Origin: a virus
Taxonomy: Duplodnaviria > Heunggongvirae > Uroviricota > Caudoviricetes
Virus record (IMG/VR): IMGVR_UViG_3300042561_002062
Span: 21,525 to 85,524 of that record
Length of the DNA: 64,000 bases
Reading direction: 5' to 3' (one strand)
Numbering within the stretch: the first letter of the stretch is position 1; each line of letters starts with the position of its first letter. Positions 29,911-39,038 of the stretch are shown here, in pieces. The notes below the pieces were generated by a model, which saw only the letters and a program-made list of their open reading frames with translations, searched no databases and was not told where the DNA came from. The translations under genes were made by a program, and so were the position numbers.

Positions 29911-31304
29911 GGAGTCTTCTTGAAGACTTTAACACTTCTTGCCATTTTAGTATCTTTATAATACTGATCATCATCAAACTCAGTATCGAAGAAATTATCC
30001 GATTGAGAAATAATTTTTGTTTCTGGTGATATTTGTGAGTTGGGTCCAAGTCTACCTGAGCGAAATACACCACCAGTCATTTGACTATCTAAAAGACCAC
30101 CCATAAAAAAGCACCCGTCGAGATTCGAAGCTTCACAAGTGGTATTGAGAACTTTTGAACCTTTTATCTGACATCCCCACATCTTACTACGAATGATCTG
30201 TGAGTTTGTAATGTTGGTATTAATAAAGTTACAATCTTCAAAAATACCCTCGCTAATAGTTGAGTTGATAAAATCAAAACCTGAAATATTAAGTTGTGGT
30301 ATAATACTACCACCAACCACTTCGATGCGGTGTTCTTTCGTTACGAAATTAACAATACAATCTTTCAAATCTTTAGTAGAATCTACCAGTGTAAAAATTT
30401 TGTCCTTGATCTTGGGAAAATAAGCCGACACAACATCGTAGTGGTTTATTTGATCGACCTGGATAACTACGCCTGGATATTCAACGATAAAACTATCGTA
30501 ATTCGAGAAGTTTTTCATGTTATCGATGTTCTGTGAAAGATAATCGTTCAATACACTAATATCACGACTATCAAAATCAGTATCAATACATTCCCAGGCG
30601 TCGATAATAAACTTATCCATGAAATAAAGTAATCTTCCAACATTTTGTGGATAATCTTTACCACCGATATACCGGTATTCTAATCTTTGCTCTTCGTGTG
30701 GTTTGTTGATATGTAAAAAGTTGATACCATAGTATTTATCTGAAGGTAATCTCAGATTATTTTTAATCGAATAAACAGAAATATCCTTGAAGTCGTAATC
30801 TTTGAAAGGTATTATTTTTTTAATAGATTTAGCATAAACATTACCTTTTCTTCCAGGGAAAGCTCTGAATATTTCATCTTCGTCAGTTCTCAAGATAAGC
30901 TTTAAAATGTTAAGATCATTGAGGTCTTTTTCACCTTCGTTGGCAAAAGAAATATTAAAGTGAATAGCGGCCTTTGAGGTCGCGTATCCGAAATCGTTGA
31001 TGAACTTTACTATCTTGATTAAGTAGTATTTCGCTGAAAAATAATCAAGTGGCCCAGTAATAATCTCACAACCATTCGATCCAAGAGAGAGATCCGGTTC
31101 AAGCTTGAAATTTTTTTCATCTGGTGCAAAATCCGAGTGGTATTGACGAAATCCCCAGACTTTTACCGGTGAAAGAACTTGGTTAAGTAATTCAAGGGTT
31201 TTATAATAAGAAAGATCCTTCATATAGAGCTCGAACTCAAAACCAATTTTAGCTCCTGCTAAAATAGAAGACTTTTGTATAAATCTTTCAGAATATTTTC
31301 TCAT
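29907..31304 (-). CDS. Putative amidoligase (COOH-NH2 ligase) with C-terminal beta-helix-like repeats
   Basis: IGFEFE, EPDLS, EIITGP, AIHFNISF, KYYGINF, LEYRYIGG. Confidence 0.75.
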   Translation of the reverse strand: MRKYSERFIQKSSILAGAKIGFEFELYMKDLSYYKTLELLNQVLSPVKVWGFRQYHSDFAPDEKNFKLEPDLSLGSNGCEIITGPLDYFSAKYYLIKIVKFINDFGYATSKAAIHFNISFANEGEKDLNDLNILKLILRTDEDEIFRAFPGRKGNVYAKSIKKIIPFKDYDFKDISVYSIKNNLRLPSDKYYGINFLHINKPHEEQRLEYRYIGGKDYPQNVGRLLYFMDKFIIDAWECIDTDFDSRDISVLNDYLSQNIDNMKNFSNYDSFIVEYPGVVIQVDQINHYDVVSAYFPKIKDKIFTLVDSTKDLKDCIVNFVTKEHRIEVVGGSIIPQLNISGFDFINSTISEGIFEDCNFINTNITNSQIIRSKMWGCQIKGSKVLNTTCEASNLDGCFFMGGLLDSQMTGGVFRSGRLGPNSQISPETKIISQSDNFFDTEFDDDQYYKDTKMARSVKVFKKTP

Positions 31305-31313
31305 ACAACATTG

Positions 31314-31321
31314 TATATATA
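31314..31321. promoter_or_regulatory. Palindromic TATATATA between divergent genes
   Basis: Only motif in a 25-nt gap between head-to-head starts (31304, 31330). Confidence 0.5.
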
Positions 31322-31329
31322 AAAACTAA

Positions 31330-31779
31330 ATGATCCTAAATAGTATTATCGACCAAACAATAGATAACTACCTCTCTGATTCTGAGCAATACTCAAAAGC
31401 TACTATTGAACTAGAGCAGTTTTTGGATAGTATTCTTTTTGATACAAAAACCTACAGTCGTTTTACAAGATTTATTATGAGTGAAGGTATATTTTTGAAA
31501 ATACTTGTAACTAGTGATTATTTTACAAGAAGTATTGGGGATGTTTCAATCAATACTAAAATCAGAGTAGGTTTTTATAAACGAATTATGGTTTTAGTAG
31601 ATATTATGCAAGAAGACCATATTCTTATTTTCAAGAACTCCAAAAAAAGAATGCGTGATAATAAAATAGATCAGATAATATCAAATACAACACCTATACC
31701 ACCAGTTTTTGTTCTCGATCTCAAAAAAGTGTTTCAAAGCTCAAGTGACGATACTTCACCACAAGACACAAAGGAATAA
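31330..31779 (+). CDS. Hypothetical protein
   Basis: ORF; RDNKIDQII motif. Confidence 0.55.
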   Translation: MILNSIIDQTIDNYLSDSEQYSKATIELEQFLDSILFDTKTYSRFTRFIMSEGIFLKILVTSDYFTRSIGDVSINTKIRVGFYKRIMVLVDIMQEDHILIFKNSKKRMRDNKIDQIISNTTPIPPVFVLDLKKVFQSSSDDTSPQDTKE

Positions 31780-32492
31780 TCCACTCCTATAGAAAAACTA
31801 CCGGAATCACCCTGTATTTTTTTAATATCGAACTTCTTTTTTAGAAGAAGATGAACCGAGTCTTGATTACCGAAGTATAGTTTATTTTCTTCTATTTCAG
31901 TAGAAGTATAAACTCTGATTGAAAAGTTATCCATCTTTATGAAACCTCTATGGATAACACCACAGCAATCGTTTCCGATTTCAGAGAAAAAGAAAGTAGA
32001 TTTTTCAATTTTTTTAAACACATCCTCGTGCATAATAGTCCAATCCCATTTAACTCCGGTCTCTATTATTTTTTTCATAAGAGTTTTTGGGTTCCTTCCC
32101 AGTAAAGTTCTTGCTAATTTTGATCTATCGTGATAGGACCACTTACAAATATTGGATTTATTTTCTGAGAGATGCCCTAAAAACTGACGATTTAATCTCT
32201 CTGATACATATTCACAGATTTTTTTATCTAATAAAATTGTATCTCCACCAGTTTCATCTGTTATAATAATTGAGTATTTGCTTGTATCTTTATAGATAAT
32301 TTGTGTTTTTTTAAGGTGTATCTGATGATCGACCGTCTTTGAGGTCTCGATTCCCTCTATCTTTTTTGTTTCGCGAAGTTTTATTAAACTCTCATCGCCT
32401 GATATAAAGGTTGTCGAGACGAGCTCATCAATAAGTGAAAGTTTTTTGATTCTATCAATAAGACCTCTTTCTATACCAGTGATTGTTGCCAT
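31734..32492 (-). CDS. Hypothetical protein, possibly degenerate HK97-fold capsid paralog
   Basis: C-terminal RVYTSTEIEENKLYFGN...VDYSFV resembles the gp23/gp24 C-terminal pattern; weak. Confidence 0.35.
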   Translation of the reverse strand: MATITGIERGLIDRIKKLSLIDELVSTTFISGDESLIKLRETKKIEGIETSKTVDHQIHLKKTQIIYKDTSKYSIIITDETGGDTILLDKKICEYVSERLNRQFLGHLSENKSNICKWSYHDRSKLARTLLGRNPKTLMKKIIETGVKWDWTIMHEDVFKKIEKSTFFFSEIGNDCCGVIHRGFIKMDNFSIRVYTSTEIEENKLYFGNQDSVHLLLKKKFDIKKIQGDSGSFSIGVDYSFVSCGEVSSLEL

Positions 32493-32499
32493 AAAAATC

Positions 32500-33018
32500 T
32501 TACGAGTTCTTTAATCTATCAAGATAATTAGTCTTGAGGTTTTGTAGTTGAAGTTTAATGCCTTCCCATTTTTGGGAACTTATCATTAAATCAAGAGTGT
32601 GTAGTCTTTTATTTAGTTCTTCACCGCTTAGATTGCCTAGTTTAAGTTTAATGCCAACTTCTTTTGACTCGTAAATTTTTACAATATTTAGTATTTTGGA
32701 TATTTGATTTTTGTATTCACTTTCTAAAAGTGTTTCCCTGATATCTCTATCGCCTGTTTGAGATTTATCTTTTGGATTTTCTCCTTGTAGAATCAAATTC
32801 ACAATTGCTGAGGCTAGATCTTCTTTTCCATCGATTATAACATGGGGTAATATGGATTTTCTAGCAGCTCCAACTGAACGAATTCTCAAAAAGTCATCTA
32901 TCATAGAGAGGACTTTTGTCTGTAAAACCTCTTGGTGAGATGGTCCAGTGAAATCAGTTTCGTTGGTATCCTTTTCACCAACTTGAACTCCTGTTATTTT
33001 AGAGAATTTTTTCAACAT
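32500..33018 (-). CDS. Hypothetical protein
   Basis: Starts MLKKFSKITG; TATATATAC upstream. Confidence 0.55.
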   Translation of the reverse strand: MLKKFSKITGVQVGEKDTNETDFTGPSHQEVLQTKVLSMIDDFLRIRSVGAARKSILPHVIIDGKEDLASAIVNLILQGENPKDKSQTGDRDIRETLLESEYKNQISKILNIVKIYESKEVGIKLKLGNLSGEELNKRLHTLDLMISSQKWEGIKLQLQNLKTNYLDRLKNS

Positions 33019-33047
33019 TTTTTTATTTTATGTATATATAAATTTTT

Positions 33048-33677
33048 TTATATTATTTTTACCAAAAGACCTTTAGTTTTGATTAAATTTTCTAAATCGT
33101 CTTTCTTTAGAACTTTTTTAAAATCTTTATCTAACTTATCAAGATTTTGTAAATACCACTCATTTGCATTGGATGTATAATAAATCCACCTCGAATCGGT
33201 ATTTGAGAGCTCGATAGTTTTAGAGGTTAGCTTATCATAAAACTTTTTTACTTCATTTTGAAGTTTTCTTAATCGAACTTCATCCCATTTTTCGAGAGGT
33301 TCGTTCCAAACCTGGTAGATAATATAGAGAGGTTCTTCGAGATCGGTTGATTCTATTGGATAAATAAAACAAAATCTCATCGTTCTTTTCAAGAAAGTTT
33401 GATAATCGTCTGTATTTTGTAGTTGTGATTTTTTCAATCCTATCGAACGAAGAGAATTAAGAAAGAAAGGATCATCTAGAAGATTTTCTAAATTATCAGT
33501 AGATATTTGTGATTCTATAAGGTTAAACGTTTCAATCAGGTCAATATCTTCTTTCGAAAGCGCGTCAAGAACCAATTCATGCAGAACAGAAAGACTTTCA
33601 TTTAGATCGATAATATCAGTAGAAAGGTTTATTTCTAAACTTTCTAAAAAATCTTGGTAGCCGAGTAATGTTTTCAT
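33048..33677 (-). CDS. Hypothetical protein with leader
   Basis: Starts MKTLLGYQDFLES; second DLNES site. Confidence 0.65.
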   Translation of the reverse strand: MKTLLGYQDFLESLEINLSTDIIDLNESLSVLHELVLDALSKEDIDLIETFNLIESQISTDNLENLLDDPFFLNSLRSIGLKKSQLQNTDDYQTFLKRTMRFCFIYPIESTDLEEPLYIIYQVWNEPLEKWDEVRLRKLQNEVKKFYDKLTSKTIELSNTDSRWIYYTSNANEWYLQNLDKLDKDFKKVLKKDDLENLIKTKGLLVKII

Positions 33678-33689
33678 AAATAGATTTAA

Positions 33690-33697
33690 TATATATA
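33690..33697. promoter_or_regulatory. Palindromic TATATATA between divergent genes
   Basis: 27-nt gap between starts 33677 (-) and 33705 (+), both leader-bearing. Confidence 0.55.
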
Positions 33698-33704
33698 TTC
33701 TATT

Positions 33705-35072
33705 ATGCTTAGCAACTTTGAACTTTTTTTAGAATCTCTATCCCAAACTACCTATACGAATAAGAATATCGTGAAGGAAATATCGGTTGCGATGTGTATT
33801 ATCAACCCAGAATTCCTAGATAAAATCCTTGATCTAGGTCTTAGAGCTCGATATACTGAAAATTCATCGATTTATCTTACAGACTTGAAATCTTTACTTC
33901 TAAATAAAAACAGATTGAAACTAGGAAAATTTGTTGAAGATAAATGTCAAGAAGATACCGAAATATCCAAAATAAACTCTCTTTTTGAGGGTGTAGATTT
34001 TTCTTTCGAGAATGATTTCGGTGTGATATCTGATTCTAGGACTTGTAGTAGAAATATTTGTGATAAACTTATTCTACCTGACAAGCTAACGCCCCAGATG
34101 GTCTCTTGTGTTTATTGGATTGGACCTAATAAAACAAAAGATTTCTCAGAAGATCTAGTAGTAGAGTTAGTAGATGGTCGTCAGTTTTCACTCTTTTTAG
34201 ATAAAAACTTTTCAGCTACCAAAAGTTCTTCTTTTCAGACCTTTACAGATCAAATTATACCTAAAGAAGTAAGTAATCTTTATTCAGAGAGTTATATCGC
34301 AGGATGGAATAAACTTGTTCAAACACTTGTTGGTATTATCTACAAATACGCCACCTCAAATAACAAAGCTCATATACAGAAGTTTATCGCGCCTGATAGA
34401 ATACCCACTCTTGATTGGTTTGGATATTTCAATATCAAACATTCTGATAAGAGATATCAAATTTTAGGTGAATATCTTCGTGAGTTCGATAAAAATGTAG
34501 TATGGTTTTCTGATCTTATCAACTTGATATGGAAAAACGGAGAAAGTGCTCTTTCTGATTACAAATCTGCCAGATCTGAATGGATACGTGCAAAATCAAT
34601 CATCTTAAACTCAAGAATACTCGAACATACCTTAACACAATCCTTAACTCGTCATAATCGTCAAGATATCTCAAGACTCAAATCAGGCATGAAACTCGCT
34701 AAAGGGGTAGCAAAAATGAAGTTTGTTAAAACAATAGTTGAAAAACTAGGATGTCTTGAAAGAGATGTTATCTTTGTTGGAAAAAAAGGTGATGATTTTA
34801 CTCACGTTCCAAGTAGATCTTTCTTTAGAGAGCGTTACGAAGATCTAGATATTAAGTTTGATTACCACGTTAATCTTACTTCACTCGATACACAGACAGA
34901 TGGTGATTTCAAGTTTTTAGTTCAACTTTTCTTAAAAAGAAAAAAACTTCTTGATCTAGAGATAAGTATAGGATTCACCGGATATCTTTCAGAAAAACTA
35001 AGAGCTCGTTTTTCATTCACACCAGTAAGTGATTTCAACCTTAAAGTTTCATCCAATCCATCAGAAGATTGA
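33705..35072 (+). CDS. Hypothetical protein with leader; possible PD-(D/E)xK-like fold
   Basis: Starts MLSNFELFLES; EDLVVELVDGRQFSLFLDK. Confidence 0.55.
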   Translation: MLSNFELFLESLSQTTYTNKNIVKEISVAMCIINPEFLDKILDLGLRARYTENSSIYLTDLKSLLLNKNRLKLGKFVEDKCQEDTEISKINSLFEGVDFSFENDFGVISDSRTCSRNICDKLILPDKLTPQMVSCVYWIGPNKTKDFSEDLVVELVDGRQFSLFLDKNFSATKSSSFQTFTDQIIPKEVSNLYSESYIAGWNKLVQTLVGIIYKYATSNNKAHIQKFIAPDRIPTLDWFGYFNIKHSDKRYQILGEYLREFDKNVVWFSDLINLIWKNGESALSDYKSARSEWIRAKSIILNSRILEHTLTQSLTRHNRQDISRLKSGMKLAKGVAKMKFVKTIVEKLGCLERDVIFVGKKGDDFTHVPSRSFFRERYEDLDIKFDYHVNLTSLDTQTDGDFKFLVQLFLKRKKLLDLEISIGFTGYLSEKLRARFSFTPVSDFNLKVSSNPSED

Positions 35073-35111
35073 ACTTTTTCTCTGTTTTTCTTATAATCAA
35101 GAAAAATATTT

Positions 35112-35330
35112 ATGGGAAAGAAAGCCAAAGAACATCGTAAAAAAGTTCAGAAAAGAAATCAAAAAATTGCAGAAGCTAAAAATCAGTTTCAGAAGGTGCA
35201 AAAAAACTTCCTAGAACAAATGATTGAAAATCAAAAGCTTCAAGGTCAGGATCCTCATACACTTCCCTCTGAAGCGATGCCACAAAAAGTAGAAGTGAAT
35301 CCATTTGAAATACAAGGACCACAGATCTAA
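35112..35330 (+). CDS. Small basic hypothetical protein
   Basis: MGKKAKEHRKKVQKRN; fills gap in operon. Confidence 0.55.
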   Translation: MGKKAKEHRKKVQKRNQKIAEAKNQFQKVQKNFLEQMIENQKLQGQDPHTLPSEAMPQKVEVNPFEIQGPQI

Positions 35331-35332
35331 TA

Positions 35333-36394
35333 ATGACCTATATAAATACACCACTCAACTTAAACTTTCCTTCAGAAGATTACCTTACTAACGAGAGTAT
35401 GTTAGTTTGGAATTTTCTAGGGAAAAAACCTCTTAAAAAAGGTTATAGCGGATTGTTTTCTATTGAACCTATCGAAGAACTTCTATCTAAATATAATATA
35501 TTTATAGTATCAGATGAAAAGTTTTTCGATACTACTGAAGAAGAAAATCACGTAAAAAGAGTTGTTAGATTGGATGAATCACTTGTTCTTGGTTATCAAT
35601 ACCTTGAAAAAAAGGATCAAGAAACTCTAGTTCCAATATTTACTTTTTATTATCTTGATAGATCGGAAGAGAGTATAGAAGAGCTTTGTAGTAGTATTTT
35701 AAAATCTTCAACCCAGCAAGATATCGAGCTAGAAGAACCGGTAAAGAGAGCTTGTTTTTTATCACTTTCACCTGCTACTGGATTCACACTCGAAGATATT
35801 GAAATACCAAAAGTTGATTGGAAAAACCTTTGGAAGTTTTATTCAACATCTGTAGAATCTGGTTACAGGAATCTTCTTGAATTATTATCTCAAAAGAATC
35901 AAACCGTTTCTATGATTGTTGGAGGTCCAAGTAGTGGTAAAACGAATCTATCTAGATCTTTGTGGGAAAAGTTTGATGGAGATACTATTTATCTACCACC
36001 TTCTATAGTTGAATTATGTCTATCGAGTCCTGAGTTTCCTAGTTTTTGTAATACACTTGAATCTTCACTAATAATTTTAGACCGTTTAGATACTTTATTT
36101 GATTCTCCAGGTAGAAATCCATCTCTACTACTTTCTACTATACAGAATCTTACATCTGGTTTTTTCAAAGGGATTTTAGATATTCACTTTTTAATTATTT
36201 TAGAAGATTCAAGATTGATTCATCAAATAGAAAAACATTTGCATGTTGATTTTATTCTTGAGCTAGAAGATCTAGAGCCAAAAAGAGCAACAAACTTAGC
36301 AAAAATTCTAGGTAAGACTTCTAAATTCACTCGACCAACACCTCTATCTACTATTATCCGCAATAAGAACTATGAAAAATCCATGGGATTTTAA
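35333..36394 (+). CDS. Divergent AAA-like P-loop protein
   Basis: GGPSSGKT Walker A; Walker B reads IILDR instead of hhhhDE. Confidence 0.6.
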   Translation: MTYINTPLNLNFPSEDYLTNESMLVWNFLGKKPLKKGYSGLFSIEPIEELLSKYNIFIVSDEKFFDTTEEENHVKRVVRLDESLVLGYQYLEKKDQETLVPIFTFYYLDRSEESIEELCSSILKSSTQQDIELEEPVKRACFLSLSPATGFTLEDIEIPKVDWKNLWKFYSTSVESGYRNLLELLSQKNQTVSMIVGGPSSGKTNLSRSLWEKFDGDTIYLPPSIVELCLSSPEFPSFCNTLESSLIILDRLDTLFDSPGRNPSLLLSTIQNLTSGFFKGILDIHFLIILEDSRLIHQIEKHLHVDFILELEDLEPKRATNLAKILGKTSKFTRPTPLSTIIRNKNYEKSMGF

Positions 36395-36410
36395 AAAAGA
36401 ATATATATAA

Positions 36411-36743
36411 ATGATATTTGGAAATACCCGAGAAGAAGTTCTTGATTTTCTTATGTGGTCTGACTTTGAAGAAGGTCTATCCAGAGAAGAGTTCAAGTTT
36501 TTACTCAAAAGGATGCAGTATCATCTTAAAGAGGAAAAACTTAAAAGAGAAGGTCTTCGTAGGGTATTAGAAGAAAAAGAAAACGAAATCGAAAAACTAA
36601 AAATGATCACTATAGAAAATAGGGAACATTCACAGAGATGTGACCAAAGACTATCTCAAGTGGAGGATGATCTGAAAAATCTTAGAGCAAGAAGACTTAC
36701 TCTAGGTGAAAGAATCTTTGGAAAAATTAAAACAAAATCATGA
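36411..36743 (+). CDS. Coiled-coil hypothetical protein
   Basis: Heptad-rich; LTLGERIFGK tail. Confidence 0.55.
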   Translation: MIFGNTREEVLDFLMWSDFEEGLSREEFKFLLKRMQYHLKEEKLKREGLRRVLEEKENEIEKLKMITIENREHSQRCDQRLSQVEDDLKNLRARRLTLGERIFGKIKTKS

Positions 36744-37861
36744 AAATATCAGAATACAAAGAACTTGAAGAAAAAGTAAAAAACAACGATTTTTACAAAA
36801 ACTACCAAAACATCAATAAATTGATGTTTTTTATGAGTATTTTCGGGCATATCTCATCTATTTTTTTAGCCTACTTCTTGCTTGTAAAGATTATATCTTC
36901 AACGGTGATTAGTAGCCTATTTTTCGCCGGTGCGGCCTCGGTGGTAATGCTTATCGGTCTTGAGCTTCTTAAAAGAGAAGTTTTTGATAAATTTACAATA
37001 GCCTATCTCAAAGAAAAAATAATATCAAACAAAATTTTACCACTACTTATTTTTAGTCTTTCTCTTTTCGGTATGTCTTTTTACGCTACTATCAATGGTG
37101 CTAAAGAGTTTTCATCAAAAGAAAAAGAGATCGTTCAACTTGAAGAAACGAAAGTTCAGAGTGTAGAAGATTCACTCACTACTCTTTATTCAACTAAAAT
37201 ATCTAAAATTGAGAGTGAGATTGATAGTCTCAAAGGTATATCAGCTGAAAAAGATAGAGAGCAAACTGATTTAGCTGCTATTCCACAAAATCGTTCAACT
37301 CGTCAGCGTATAGGTGACTTGAAAGGTGAAAAAGCTGCTATTCGTTCAGAAATTGTATCTACAGAAGCCAAACTCAAAGAAACAAAGTTAGAAAGAGATT
37401 CAGAAATACAAAAGTTAAAAGATAGAATACTTTCTAAAACCGGTGAAGAGAAAAAGCAGAATAAATCCAATACATTATTCTTTATTATTCTTTCTACAAT
37501 TATTGAGCTCCTGATTATTACAGGTGTTTATTTCAACGAGTATTATAAGTTTAGAAGCTATAATGAATATCGTCAAAGACTTGAAAAAGATCCAAATTTC
37601 CAAAGATGGTATCTTTACAACTCTATTTTAGATGCGATGATAACTCCAGAAGCTAAAATGAATGATAAACTTGATAATATTAAGAATATCACGGCTCTTT
37701 GTAAGCTACAGGGCATCAATCTTCTTCAGAAAGACTTGACCGAGATGCTCAAACTCTATACCAGTCTTGGTATTTTAAGAACTTCAGGTTCAGTTAAATA
37801 CGTAGCTAAGACTAAAGAAGCAGCACAAGAACTATTAAAGAAACATTTCGGTGTTGAGTAA
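36740..37861 (+). CDS. Multi-TM membrane protein with long coiled coil
   Basis: Three N-terminal TM segments, coiled coil, one further TM. Confidence 0.65.
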   Translation: MKISEYKELEEKVKNNDFYKNYQNINKLMFFMSIFGHISSIFLAYFLLVKIISSTVISSLFFAGAASVVMLIGLELLKREVFDKFTIAYLKEKIISNKILPLLIFSLSLFGMSFYATINGAKEFSSKEKEIVQLEETKVQSVEDSLTTLYSTKISKIESEIDSLKGISAEKDREQTDLAAIPQNRSTRQRIGDLKGEKAAIRSEIVSTEAKLKETKLERDSEIQKLKDRILSKTGEEKKQNKSNTLFFIILSTIIELLIITGVYFNEYYKFRSYNEYRQRLEKDPNFQRWYLYNSILDAMITPEAKMNDKLDNIKNITALCKLQGINLLQKDLTEMLKLYTSLGILRTSGSVKYVAKTKEAAQELLKKHFGVE

Positions 37862-37890
37862 AAAAACTTTCTTTTTCACCAAAATTCTAT

Positions 37891-37899
37891 TATCTTTGC
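37891..37899 (+). promoter_or_regulatory. Bacteroidota -7 element TATCTTTGC
   Basis: TAnnTTTG match at head of the 37922-41233 operon. Confidence 0.6.
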
Positions 37900-37921
37900 T
37901 ACACTAAACAAAGAAATATAT

Positions 37922-38107
37922 ATGAATCTAGCTAAGGTGTCCCGTGCGGTTGAACTTCAAAAAAGAATTGATCTTCAACTACTTCATTTTGGTCAAATCG
38001 ATGGATTTAGCCTTGAAATGCTAACTGATTTGATGAATACTCTTTCTGATGAAGAGTTACAGAAAATCGATGAGTTTTACTTCAATGAAACAATCCCTGT
38101 AAATTGA
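37922..38107 (+). CDS. Small hypothetical protein
   Basis: ORF after promoter. Confidence 0.5.
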   Translation: MNLAKVSRAVELQKRIDLQLLHFGQIDGFSLEMLTDLMNTLSDEELQKIDEFYFNETIPVN

Positions 38108-38110
38108 AAT

Positions 38111-38314
38111 ATGGAAGAAAACTATTATTTAGTTTCAGAAATCACCAATTGCCTTTCAGCTTCGCTAATTGAGAAGGCGAACTTTTTTCTTACTTCGCAT
38201 GTTGATATTACAGGTCGAGAATTTTTTTCAGAGACAAAATTGAAAACTATTCTACCAAAAGATATTTTTCACGTAATTGAAACAACTTGTAATAAGCACA
38301 CACTAAACTACTAA
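38111..38314 (+). CDS. Small hypothetical protein
   Basis: ORF tightly packed in operon. Confidence 0.45.
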   Translation: MEENYYLVSEITNCLSASLIEKANFFLTSHVDITGREFFSETKLKTILPKDIFHVIETTCNKHTLNY

Positions 38315-38318
38315 AAAT

Positions 38319-39038
38319 ATGAAAACGATTATAATCGGTGATATACACGGAAGAAATATTTGGAAAGAAATTGTTTCTAAAGAATCTTACGATCGCGTTA
38401 TTTTCGTAGGTGATTACTTTGATAGTTTTGATATACCGGGTATTGATCAAATCCATAACTTTAAGGAGATCTGTAATTTTGCTAAAAGTTCCGAAAAAGA
38501 AGTAGTTCTACTAGTTGGAAATCACGATCTTCATTATATGAATATTGGTCAAAAATATTCTGGTTTTCAACCTGGTTTTCAGTTTGATATATCCAGTATT
38601 CTATCTGAAAATAATAATCTCCTTCAAATGATCTATCGTTTTGATAATGTCATAGCGACTCACGCTGGGGTGTCACCCGTATGGATGGATGAAAATTTTG
38701 GTGATAGTTGGTCTTTTGATGATTTGGCAGATAAGATAAATGAACTTTTTAGATATAGGCCTAGAAGTTTTAGATTTTCGGGATTCGATCCTTATGGTGA
38801 TGATCCTAGACAATCACCTGTTTGGATAAGACCGTCATCACTACTAAAGTCTAATACTCGAAATAAATCTCTTATCAAAGATCACTTTATACAAGTTTTC
38901 GGACATACATCGATGTCTCAAGAACAAATATCGAATCGTGATAAATGGTTAGGTCCAAGATTTTTTGGTGTAGATACTTTAGAAATTGGTTATTATTTGA
39001 TACATCAAAATCAAAATTTTGAGTATAATAAAGTATGA
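38319..39038 (+). CDS. Calcineurin-like metallophosphoesterase
   Basis: GDIHG, GDYFD, GNHD, HAG, GHT. Confidence 0.9.
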   Translation: MKTIIIGDIHGRNIWKEIVSKESYDRVIFVGDYFDSFDIPGIDQIHNFKEICNFAKSSEKEVVLLVGNHDLHYMNIGQKYSGFQPGFQFDISSILSENNNLLQMIYRFDNVIATHAGVSPVWMDENFGDSWSFDDLADKINELFRYRPRSFRFSGFDPYGDDPRQSPVWIRPSSLLKSNTRNKSLIKDHFIQVFGHTSMSQEQISNRDKWLGPRFFGVDTLEIGYYLIHQNQNFEYNKV

